NCBI GenBank assembly: GCA_964551475.1
Contig: CAZKCI010000027.1
Coordinates: forward strand, 45,050-77,049
From: an uncultured bacterium
GTDB taxonomy: Bacteria > Auribacterota > Erginobacteria > Erginobacterales > CAZKCI01
Direction: 5' to 3'
Length of the DNA: 32,000 nucleotides
Shown here piece by piece: positions 16,251 to 24,144 of the stretch (the first letter of the stretch is position 1; each line of letters starts with the position of its first letter). Made by a program: the position numbers and the translations under genes. The notes under the pieces were generated by a model that was not told the DNA's origin, made no database searches, and was given only the letters and a program-made list of their open reading frames with translations.

Positions 16251-17078
16251 ATGGGATCAAAAAGAAAAAGGATGGCCCAGGTGGAGGACAAGGGGCTGTC
16301 CGGCATGTGGCCCCCGGTCTGGATGACCACCTACTCCGACATGGTCACCAACGTGATGGTCTTTTTCGTCATCCTCTCCGCCATGCTCGTCCTCAAGATC
16401 GACGTGACCTTGATCGCCGGGCCAAAGATGCGCGGCGACAAAGAAAGGCCGACCAAGGTGAAAAAGCTAACCGCGGAACAGAAGACCATGGTCGACAATT
16501 TCCGCGCTCTGGAAGAACAGCAGATGCGGGAGGCTGCCTCGGTCACCAAGATGCAGCAGATCGGCGAGGAGATCGCCCAGTATATCCTGAAAGCCAATCT
16601 TCAGAAATTCGTCGTGGTGGAGACGACCAAGTGGAAGGTCAAGGTGGTCCCGCTCACCCCCTTCCTTTTCTCCCCCGGTCGGGCGGTCATCCGCCCGGAG
16701 TCCCGTGACTTCCTCGACCGCCTGGCCAAGTTCTTCAGCATCAACCCCGGCCAGATCCGGATCGCCGGCCATACCGATAACCTGCCCATCTACTCCGCCG
16801 AGTATCGCTCGAACTGGGAGCTCTCCGCCGCCCGGGCGGCCGCCATCATGAGGTATCTGGTGGAAGTCCACGGGCTCGATCCGAAGAGGTTCGTCGCGGT
16901 CGGCTGTGGGCCCTACCAACCGTTGGCGGACAACTCCACGCCGGAAGGGCGCAAGGAGAACCGCCGGGTGGAGATCGAGATCACTCAGGAACCCGAACCG
17001 GCGGGAAAGGCCGCAAAAGGCGGCATGGATGCGGCGGGGACCGCGGACGGCGGGGGGGCGGTCTCTCCGGCGAATTGA
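16251..17078 (+). CDS. motB: MotB-family stator protein (copy 2)
   Basis: 'MWPPVWMTTYSDMVTNVMVFFVILSAMLV' and 'IRIAGHTDNLPIYSAEYRSNWELSAARAAAIMRYLVEVHGLDPKRFVAVGCGPYQP...ENRRVEIEI'. Confidence 0.9.
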   Translation: MGSKRKRMAQVEDKGLSGMWPPVWMTTYSDMVTNVMVFFVILSAMLVLKIDVTLIAGPKMRGDKERPTKVKKLTAEQKTMVDNFRALEEQQMREAASVTKMQQIGEEIAQYILKANLQKFVVVETTKWKVKVVPLTPFLFSPGRAVIRPESRDFLDRLAKFFSINPGQIRIAGHTDNLPIYSAEYRSNWELSAARAAAIMRYLVEVHGLDPKRFVAVGCGPYQPLADNSTPEGRKENRRVEIEITQEPEPAGKAAKGGMDAAGTADGGGAVSPAN

Positions 17079-17323
17079 ACGACGGCCGGGGGGCGCGTCC
17101 AGGACGCTTCGGCCGCCGCGTGGCTTTTGCTGATCTCCAGCGCGCGCCGGATCGACTTCCCGATCTGCCAACCCGCCAGCGCCCCGAGTAGAACGCTCCC
17201 GGCGATCACTCCCATCCAGATCTTAGCCCCGATCCGCATCCTTTCTCGGGGAAAGTGGGAGCGGGTGGAGATCCGTACGCGAACCTTCTGACGCCGGGGC
17301 GGCGCCGAGTCGCTTCCCGTCAT
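16985..17323 (-). CDS. Small single-TM hypothetical protein, translationally coupled to the radical SAM gene and antisense-overlapping the motB copy 2 end
   Basis: ATG at 17323 forms an ATGA overlap with the stop codon at 17320-17322 of the upstream gene; TM 'KIWMGVIAGSVLLGALAGWQIG'. Confidence 0.5.
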   Translation of the reverse strand: MTGSDSAPPRRQKVRVRISTRSHFPRERMRIGAKIWMGVIAGSVLLGALAGWQIGKSIRRALEISKSHAAAEASWTRPPAVVQFAGETAPPPSAVPAASMPPFAAFPAGSGS

Positions 17324-18438
17324 AACCCCAGAGCCTTCCTGGCCTTGGCCAGCTTGATCCGGGCGTACTCGAAGAGGATGAGCGGATACATCCGCGGGTT
17401 GAACAGGATGTTCAGCGTGAGGAAGCACTCGTAGGTGCAGAAGCATTTGCTCTCCCGGATCGTCCGCCGGGCGGCGCGGGCCTTCTCCCCGAACCAGATC
17501 TTCTTGAAGTCATAGCCTTCCTTCCGTACGTTCCCGAGCTTCAGATCGGCGTGGAGCTCGCAAGGCAGCACGTCCCCGTTGGCGAAGAGGGCCGCCCCCA
17601 GCGTCCCCCCCTGGCAGGGCAGGATCATCCGGTTCTCCCGGATCAGGCGGGCGATGATCCGGTGCCGGATGATCCTCTTGGCGTTGATCAGGTCGGCCAG
17701 GGGGAAACGGGTGTAGCCGGTCAGCTCGCGCTGGCGCAACCCCTTCTCCATCGCCCGGGCATAACGCTCGTAGTTGTCGATGTTGAAGAACTTCGCCGAC
17801 GGCTCCATCGGCTTGCCCCGGGTGAGGAGGGTGAAGAGGGTGTCGGCCCCGAGAACCCGGGTGAAGTGGTCGTACATCTCGAGAAGTTTCGCGTCGTTGT
17901 AGGACGAGACGGTGGTCTCGATGGTGGAGGTGAAACGGGGGTATTCCTGCTCGAGCTTCTTCAGCTCGCGGAAGGTGGCGGTCGCCTTTTCGAAGAGGCC
18001 GGGGAAACCCCTGATCTCGTCGTGGTCGGCGCCGATCCCGTCCAGGGACACGTCCACCATCAGGTCGAGGCCGGGGCAGGACTTCAGGATAGACCGGGTC
18101 GTCTCCACCACCCGCTCGGTCAGCGACCCGTTGGTGGGAATGCCCACGTTCTGGACGCGGTTGTTGCGGTGGAAGATCTTGACGATCTCGGCGAGATCTT
18201 TGCGGAGAAACGGCTCGCCCCCGGTGGGAAGGAGGAAAAGGAAATCGTCCATGGAGCGGGAGACCTTCTCGATTTCTTCGATCGTGAGCTGGTCCTGGCC
18301 GGGGTCGATCCCGGCCAGCAGGCAGTGCCGGCAGCGGGCGTTGCAGGCGGAGGTGACGAAAAAGACCAGGTAGAGGGGCGAGGCGTTACCCTGGAAAAGA
18401 ACGCGGGGCGCGTATTTGAGATAGTGGAGAGATTTCAT
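17320..18438 (-). CDS. Radical SAM/SPASM domain protein
   Basis: 'FFVTSACNARCRHCLLAG' (CxxxCxxC), 'PTGGEPFLRKDL', C-terminal cysteines 'LPCQGG...VLPCELH...CFCTYEC'. Confidence 0.92.
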   Translation of the reverse strand: MKSLHYLKYAPRVLFQGNASPLYLVFFVTSACNARCRHCLLAGIDPGQDQLTIEEIEKVSRSMDDFLFLLPTGGEPFLRKDLAEIVKIFHRNNRVQNVGIPTNGSLTERVVETTRSILKSCPGLDLMVDVSLDGIGADHDEIRGFPGLFEKATATFRELKKLEQEYPRFTSTIETTVSSYNDAKLLEMYDHFTRVLGADTLFTLLTRGKPMEPSAKFFNIDNYERYARAMEKGLRQRELTGYTRFPLADLINAKRIIRHRIIARLIRENRMILPCQGGTLGAALFANGDVLPCELHADLKLGNVRKEGYDFKKIWFGEKARAARRTIRESKCFCTYECFLTLNILFNPRMYPLILFEYARIKLAKARKALGL

Positions 18439-18450
18439 CGCCGAACCACA

Positions 18451-18466
18451 GATTATAGATTATAGG
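18451..18466. repeat. GATTATAGATTATAGG word repeat upstream of the radical SAM gene
   Basis: Exact inverted copy of 5117-5132. Confidence 0.75.
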
Positions 18467-18514
18467 CAACTAATTATACGCTATTCCGGGCCAGAGGCCA
18501 GCGCGCGGGGAGCG

Positions 18515-19660
18515 TTATAGGTTACGCATCTTTTTCCCCCTTCCTCCCAGCTGCCGGTACAGCTCCTCGTAGTCTCTGATCATCCTCCCCGCATCGAAGC
18601 GCTTGCGCACCGCCGCCGCGGCCCGTTCGCCCGTCTCCCGCCGCAGATCGGGATCGGCCAGGAGACGATCGATCGCCTCCGCCAGGGCGGGAGAATCCCG
18701 GGGCGGGACCAGTATCCCCGTCCGCCCGCTCTCGATGACTCCTGCCGCCCCCCCGACTGAAGTGACCACCGCCGGACGGGCGAGAGCCATCGCCTCCAGC
18801 AAGGCCAGGGAAAGCCCCTCGCGGATCGAGCTCAGGACAAAAACGTCGACGGCCGCGATGATCTCGATGGCGTCGGGGCGGGAACCGAGGAAATGGACGT
18901 TTCCGCCGATCCCCTTCTCCTCCGCCAGGCGTTCGAGATCGCCCCGGATCTCCCCCTCCCCCAGGACGAGAAAACGAACATCCCGGCGACGGGAAAGGAT
19001 CCTCGCGGCCGCCTCCAGAAAATAGACATGCCCCTTCTTCGGCGTGAGCGCGGCGACGATACCGACGAGAAGCGACTCCGGGGGGAGTTTGAGCCGGCGC
19101 ATCAGCTCCGGTCGGGAGACCGCAGCCGGCATCCTCTCAAAGTTGAGGCCGTTCTCGATCACCGTTATCCGGCCGGCGGCAATCCGACAGCACGAGACCA
19201 GGGAATCTCGGACGGGAGCGGAGACGGCGACCATCCGATCGGTGAGCAGGCTCAAAACGCGGTCGGCGGCCGCGCGCCGGGAACCCTTCCATTCGGATGT
19301 GTTGTGCTCGGTGTGGACGATCGCGGCGGGGACGCCCGAAAGGCGGACGGCGAGCGTCCCCCAGAGCCGGCTGGAAAAGAGGTGGGTGTGGACAATCGAA
19401 GGGCGGTACTCGCGGACGAGGCGGCGAAGACGGAGAAAGGCGGGAAGATCCCAGCGCGACCGGCGGCCGAGCAGGCGGACGGGGATGCCGGCGGCGGAGA
19501 TCATCTCGGCCGCTCCCCCGCCCCGGGTCAGGGCGGCCACGGCGAAGGAGAAGGAGACGGGGTCGCAGCGGGAAACGATGTCGAAGAGGAGTATCTCCGC
19601 CCCCTCCCGGGGGAGCGAGTCGATGATCTGGAGAATTTTGATTTTGGCTGGAGACGGCAT
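18515..19660 (-). CDS. Glycosyltransferase family 4
   Basis: 'KILQIIDSLPREGAEILLFDIVSR', 'VHTHLFSSRLWG', 'VGIVAALTPKKGHVYFLEAA', 'FVLSSIREGLSLALLEAMALARPAVVTSVGG'. Confidence 0.92.
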   Translation of the reverse strand: MPSPAKIKILQIIDSLPREGAEILLFDIVSRCDPVSFSFAVAALTRGGGAAEMISAAGIPVRLLGRRSRWDLPAFLRLRRLVREYRPSIVHTHLFSSRLWGTLAVRLSGVPAAIVHTEHNTSEWKGSRRAAADRVLSLLTDRMVAVSAPVRDSLVSCCRIAAGRITVIENGLNFERMPAAVSRPELMRRLKLPPESLLVGIVAALTPKKGHVYFLEAAARILSRRRDVRFLVLGEGEIRGDLERLAEEKGIGGNVHFLGSRPDAIEIIAAVDVFVLSSIREGLSLALLEAMALARPAVVTSVGGAAGVIESGRTGILVPPRDSPALAEAIDRLLADPDLRRETGERAAAAVRKRFDAGRMIRDYEELYRQLGGRGKKMRNL

Positions 19661-19696
19661 TCTATTGATCCGAGCTTAATGTTCCTGACGGATCAT

Positions 19697-19813
19697 GTCG
19701 ATAGGTAAGGGCAAGGTTATCGGTCTGGTCTATGGGAAAGGTCTATGGTCTGGCTCGTCTGGCGGGTTGACAGGCCATACCTAACCCTAGCCCACTGACC
19801 AAACCGTTGACCT
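19697..19813. repeat. Interspersed inverted-repeat element, family E copy 2
   Basis: Left arm 19697-19740 gtcgataggtaagggcaaggttatcggtctggtctatgggaaag; 19714-19736 pairs with 19791-19813 (19/23). Confidence 0.8.
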
Positions 19814-19853
19814 AACCCTTTCCCGCCCACCAACCCGTAGCCTGATCTCTCTG

Positions 19854-20672
19854 CTAGAACCAGGGGGTTCTTTGCCACAGCCAGTGCCAACAATCAAAAG
19901 CCCCCATGAGCTTCAACCGGAAGGCGGCGGGATCGTCGTCGGCCGAGATCTCCGTCCGGGGGAGGGCGAAAGGATCGCCAGACGGACGGCAGGCGCCCGG
20001 GGCCACCGTGACCGCTCCCCGGTATCCGGCGCTCTCGGCCAGACGGCGATGGAGCGGGTGGTTCCGCCCCCGGGGATAGGCGAACCACGCGGGGCGTGTC
20101 CCCAGCTTCTCCCCGATGATCCGCGCGCTCTCCTCGATCTCCTCCTTTGCCTCCTTCTCCGTAAGAGCGGTCAGCTCCCGGTGAGTGAGACCGTGGGAGC
20201 CGACGGTGACGCCGGCGCGCATAAGTTCCCCGAGCGACGCCCAGTCCAGGGGAACGTGCTCACCCGGCCGGCCGCGGTAACGCTCCAGTGAGATCTTCCC
20301 TTCGATCAGGCCCGGGACGACGAAGACGGCCGCGGGGAATCCCCGCTCGCGCAGGATCGGCCAGGCCGCGGAGTAAAAATCCCGGAAGCCGTCGTCGAAG
20401 GTCAGGGCGACGCGGGGACGGCAGCCGGCTCCCTCCGCCGCCAGCGCCGAGGAGAGCGGAACCACCTGCCAGCCGCCGGAACGGAGAAAGTCCATCTGAC
20501 GGGCGAAAGACTCCGGGTGAACGGAGAGGCGGTCCCCGGGGATGTCGGCGACGCGGTGATACATCAGCATCCGCGTTCCCCTCCCCCGGAAGGCCCGCTC
20601 GGCGGCCGCCAGCGGCCAAGCCAGGCGAGGAAGCAGGAAGCGGAGAGATTTTCGTATCCAGAACTGGTTCAT
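19854..20672 (-). CDS. Polysaccharide deacetylase (CE4)
   Basis: Start MNQFWIRKSLRFLLPRL; 'MLMYHRVAD', 'RVALTFDDGFRDFYSAAWPIL', 'TVGSHGLTHRELTALT', 'FAYPRG'. Confidence 0.92.
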   Translation of the reverse strand: MNQFWIRKSLRFLLPRLAWPLAAAERAFRGRGTRMLMYHRVADIPGDRLSVHPESFARQMDFLRSGGWQVVPLSSALAAEGAGCRPRVALTFDDGFRDFYSAAWPILRERGFPAAVFVVPGLIEGKISLERYRGRPGEHVPLDWASLGELMRAGVTVGSHGLTHRELTALTEKEAKEEIEESARIIGEKLGTRPAWFAYPRGRNHPLHRRLAESAGYRGAVTVAPGACRPSGDPFALPRTEISADDDPAAFRLKLMGAFDCWHWLWQRTPWF

Positions 20673-20728
20673 CGAAGACGAGCGGTTTCGCTGGCCCGAA
20701 TATATAAACGAGAATCCCGGATTTGAGA

Positions 20729-21841
20729 TTATCTGCGCTTCTCTACCACTTCCCGGTACATCTCCCCCAGCCTCCGGCACATCCGGGAGGCGCTGAACTC
20801 CCGGCAGACCCGTTCCCGTCCCGCCCGACCCAGGGCGACGGACCGTTCCGGCTCGGCGATCAGGGTGCGGATCCTTTCCGCCAGCATGGTCGGATCGGCG
20901 GGAGGGACCAGGAAGCCGTCGACGCCGTCCCGGATGACCTCGGCATTCGCCCCCACCTCCGTCGCGATCACCGGGAGACCCAGAGCCATCGCCTCGAGGA
21001 GGGCGTTGGGAAAACCCTCGGAGAGGGAGGGCAGGACAAAGATATCGAGTGAACGGAGAAAATCGGGAACGTCGACGACCTCACCCGGAAAATCCACGCG
21101 CCCGTCCAGGCCGAGAGAAGAGACGAGATCGCGCAGTCTCCCTTCGTAAGCCGGATCGATCGACCGGCCGCCGATCCGGACTGCGCAGTCCACTCCCCTT
21201 TGTGCCGTATCCGCCAGCGCCCGGAGGAGGTGCTCGTATCCCTTGATCGGGCGCAGGTTGCCCAGAGCCCCGAGAACGATCGGCCGGCCGGGAGTGATCC
21301 TCCGGGCGGAGGGCGCCCCCACCGAATCCGGATCGATCCCGTTATGGATCAGGACGACGCGGTTAACGGGGGCCTTTTCGCGGCTCAGAACGTAATCGCG
21401 GACGCCCAGCGAATTGACCGTGATCCGGGAGGAGAGAAGGTTGCCGATCCGGTTCGCCCAGAGGTGCCTGGGCTGCTGCCAGAAGCCCATGTCCCGGCGG
21501 CTGGTGATCACCGGTATCCCGGCGAGGAGGCCGGCAAGCGGGGCGACCACGTTGGCCGCGAAGAGATAGGCGTGGATGAGATCGGCCCGATCCCGCCGGG
21601 CGAGGCGGGCGAGGGCGAAGGCGGCGGCGAAATAGCGGGGACCGACCACGTTCCGGAAACCCAGCGTCTCGACGGCGAGGCCGGCCGACTTCAGCTCCTC
21701 GCCCAGGGCGCCGGTCTCGAGGAGGCAACAGAGGGAAGGGGCGAACTCGGGCCGGGAAAGCCCCCGGACAGCCTGGCAGAGATGGCGCTGGGCCCCCGCC
21801 CGGACCATCTTGTCAATGACATAGAGGACGTGGATGGACAT
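20729..21841 (-). CDS. Glycosyltransferase family 4
   Basis: Start MSIHVLYVIDKMVRAGAQRHL; 'VVLIHNGIDPDSV', 'LGALGNLRPIKGYEHLLRAL', 'FVLPSLSEGFPNALLEAMALGLPVIATEVGAN'. Confidence 0.92.
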   Translation of the reverse strand: MSIHVLYVIDKMVRAGAQRHLCQAVRGLSRPEFAPSLCCLLETGALGEELKSAGLAVETLGFRNVVGPRYFAAAFALARLARRDRADLIHAYLFAANVVAPLAGLLAGIPVITSRRDMGFWQQPRHLWANRIGNLLSSRITVNSLGVRDYVLSREKAPVNRVVLIHNGIDPDSVGAPSARRITPGRPIVLGALGNLRPIKGYEHLLRALADTAQRGVDCAVRIGGRSIDPAYEGRLRDLVSSLGLDGRVDFPGEVVDVPDFLRSLDIFVLPSLSEGFPNALLEAMALGLPVIATEVGANAEVIRDGVDGFLVPPADPTMLAERIRTLIAEPERSVALGRAGRERVCREFSASRMCRRLGEMYREVVEKRR

Positions 21842-21851
21842 AGGAAAAGCA

Positions 21852-21977
21852 GTCGATGGGTCAAGGTTAGGAAATGGGTCTGGTAGATGGGCAAGGTCCA
21901 AGGTGCGTCGGGCCGGCCGGCTCGAACCTAACCCTTACCTCTAGACCAAACCCACTTCTTAACCCTCACCCATCAAC
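21852..21977. repeat. Interspersed inverted-repeat element, family E copy 3
   Basis: Left arm 21852-21896 gtcgatgggtcaaggttaggaaatgggtctggtagatgggcaagg; right arm 21933-21977; 34/45 identical after reverse-complementing. Confidence 0.85.
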
Positions 21978-23034
21978 CAGCTTTTTCCCTGACTACATCC
22001 TTCTCTTTAACATATCCGGCCGCGCAGGCGGAGCAAACGGCCTTCTTCCCCGAGAAGGCCAGCTTGACGCCGCAGCGGCAGATCCAGCCCTGAATCCGGG
22101 CCGGGTTGCCGTAGACCAGGGCGAAGTCGGGGAGATCGCGGGTGACCACCGATCCGGCGCCCACGAAGGCGTAGCGGCCGATGGTGTGGCCGCAGACCAC
22201 GGTGGCGTTGGCGCCGATCGAGGCTCCGCGCTTGACCAGCGTCCGGCGATACTCGTTCTTGCGGGAGACCTCGCAGCGGGGGTTGATCACGTTGGTGAAA
22301 ACCATGGAGGGACCGCAGAAGACGAAGTCCTCCAGCTCCACGTCGTCGTAGACCGAGACGTTGTTCTGGATCTTCACGCCGTTCCCGATCTTCACCCGGC
22401 TTCCCACGTTCACGTTCTGTCCCAGGCTGCAGTTCTCGCCGATCCGCGCCCCGCCCAGGACATGGCTGAAATGCCAGATCTTCGTCCCCTTGCCGATCAC
22501 CGCGCCGGCGTCGACGTAGCTCGATTCATGGACAAAATAATCAGGACCGGCAGGAGAAGAAGAAACAGGACCGGCGGGAGAGGCAGGATGGGCAGGAGCG
22601 GCAGGAGAAACACGAGAAGGTCTTTTCACTATAATTTCAGGTCCTTTCTTGGGCTCGGGTTGAATCAAGGTCTGGCGATAGCGCTTGAGGAGATAAATGG
22701 TTCTTCCACAGAGAGAATCGAGATCCTGGTAAATCTCCGAGGAGAAAAGCTTGTCCTCAATACAATCTTCCAGATCACCGAGAAGTTCTTCCGCTGATCC
22801 CTCGGAAATCTCCAGGAATCTCGCCAATTCCAGCCGGGATTGTCTCCGATAGCCTTCTTGGATATTTTGTTTGATTGAACGGGCGGCGCTGTTCATCTGT
22901 GAAATGCGCCTCATCTCGGAGTGCGGAAATGTTTTTGTAATCCCGAATATCTTTCTCCGTAGTTCCGACGCCGCCTGCCAGAAATGCCATGTACGGTAGC
23001 TCTGGGTCTTGTAATCTTTCTTGGGGCTCTCCAT
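21973..23034 (-). CDS. Fusion: N-terminal four-helix-bundle (S23/IVP-like) domain + low-complexity linker + WbpD-like left-handed beta-helix N-acetyltransferase + C-terminal zinc-ribbon-like CxC...CxxC
   Basis: N-term '[79 protein letters not shown]'; linker '[22 protein letters not shown]'; then '[89 protein letters not shown]'; C-term '[23 protein letters not shown]'. Confidence 0.88.
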   Translation of the reverse strand: MESPKKDYKTQSYRTWHFWQAASELRRKIFGITKTFPHSEMRRISQMNSAARSIKQNIQEGYRRQSRLELARFLEISEGSAEELLGDLEDCIEDKLFSSEIYQDLDSLCGRTIYLLKRYRQTLIQPEPKKGPEIIVKRPSRVSPAAPAHPASPAGPVSSSPAGPDYFVHESSYVDAGAVIGKGTKIWHFSHVLGGARIGENCSLGQNVNVGSRVKIGNGVKIQNNVSVYDDVELEDFVFCGPSMVFTNVINPRCEVSRKNEYRRTLVKRGASIGANATVVCGHTIGRYAFVGAGSVVTRDLPDFALVYGNPARIQGWICRCGVKLAFSGKKAVCSACAAGYVKEKDVVREKAG

Positions 23035-23060
23035 GATCTTCCCCGTCTTTCTTTTGTTTC

Positions 23061-23141
23061 CTGCGCTTTCCTGCGCTTTCCTGCGCTTCCCTGCGCTTTC
23101 CTGCGCTTTCCTGCGCTTTCCTGCCTATCCTGCCTTTCCTG
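23061..23141. repeat. Tandem repeat: six 10-nt units (CTGCGCTTTC) followed by two 9-nt units (CTGCCTATC CTGCCTTTC)
   Basis: 23061-23120 = (ctgcgctttc)x6 with one t-to-c change in unit 3; 23121-23141 ctgcctatcctgcctttcctg. Contains the stop codon of the Gfo/Idh gene (23125-23127). Confidence 0.97.
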
Positions 23142-24144
23142 TCAATGTGATCGCCTTCCCATTCTCCTTCATCGACTGCTGGGCTGCTTCCAGCACCCGG
23201 ACCACGTCCAGGCCGTTCTGCCCGTCGGTCAGCGGTGTCTTTCCCTCCCGAACGCAGTCGAGAAAGTGGGCGCATTCGGCCTTCAAGGGCTCGCCGATCT
23301 TGATCGCGGGGATGTGCACGTCGCCGTAGCGGAGGTTCAGGTATTCGCCGAAGGAGTCGTATTCCAGGTTCTCCCCCACCCCTTTGTCGTAGATCCGGAC
23401 CGGCTCGGCGCTGTCCATGTCGTCGAAGACCAGCATCTTCCGGGAGCCGACCAGCGTGGTCCGGCGGATCTTGTGGGGGTCGAGCCAGGAGACATGGACA
23501 TGGGCGAGCACGTTGCCGGGGAAGGAGAGCCAGGCGAAGGCGATGTCCGCCACCCCTTTCTGCACGTAGGACTCGCCCCGGGCGGAGACCGAGACCGGAC
23601 GGTCGCCGACCAGATAGAGGGCGACCGAAACGTCATGGGGAGCGAAGGTCCAGAGGGCATCCTCGGACCGGCGGATCTTGCCCAGGTTGAGACGCTGGGT
23701 ATACAAATAGTAGAGATCGCCCACCGCCCCCTCATCCAGAAGCTCTTTGAGTTTACGCACCGCCCCGTGGTAGAGGAGCAGGTGGCCGACCATCAGGATG
23801 AGCCCCTTCTTCTTCGCGGCGGCGATCATCCTTTCGCAGTCGCAGGCGGTCAGGGCCATCGGTTTCTCCACGAAAACGTGCTTGCCCGCCTCCAGGCACT
23901 TGAGCGCGATCTGGGCGTGGGTGGCGCCCGGCGTGGCGACCACCACCGCCTGGATCTCGGGAGAGGCGACCATCTCGTCCATGTCGGCGGTCACCTTGAG
24001 GTCCGGATAGCGGAGAGCGGCTTCCCCCCTCCTCTTCTCGACCAGGTCGCAGGCGACGGCGACCCGCGCCCCCTTGATCTCCTGAAAGTTCCGGAGCAGG
24101 TTCTTGCCCCATCCCCCGATCCCGATGACGCCCAGCTTGATCAT
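23125..24144 (-). CDS. Gfo/Idh/MocA-family sugar oxidoreductase (WbpB-like)
   Basis: Start MIKLGVIGIGGWGKNLLRNFQEI; 'VVVATPGATHAQIALKCLEAGKHVFVEKPMALT', 'LMVGHLLLYHGAVRKLKELLDEGAVG'; adjacent to the WbpD-like gene. Confidence 0.92.
   Translation of the reverse strand: MIKLGVIGIGGWGKNLLRNFQEIKGARVAVACDLVEKRRGEAALRYPDLKVTADMDEMVASPEIQAVVVATPGATHAQIALKCLEAGKHVFVEKPMALTACDCERMIAAAKKKGLILMVGHLLLYHGAVRKLKELLDEGAVGDLYYLYTQRLNLGKIRRSEDALWTFAPHDVSVALYLVGDRPVSVSARGESYVQKGVADIAFAWLSFPGNVLAHVHVSWLDPHKIRRTTLVGSRKMLVFDDMDSAEPVRIYDKGVGENLEYDSFGEYLNLRYGDVHIPAIKIGEPLKAECAHFLDCVREGKTPLTDGQNGLDVVRVLEAAQQSMKENGKAITLTGKAG

Noticed and set aside
14570-17078. ExbB/TolQ-ExbD/TolR system instead of MotAB
   Set aside because: MotA-type length and cytoplasmic domain, OmpA-like domains on both B proteins and an adjacent FlbD support MotAB-type assignment.
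21973-23034. Diversity-generating retroelement suggested by the Avd-like four-helix bundle
   Set aside because: No reverse transcriptase, template repeat or variable repeat pair detected nearby.
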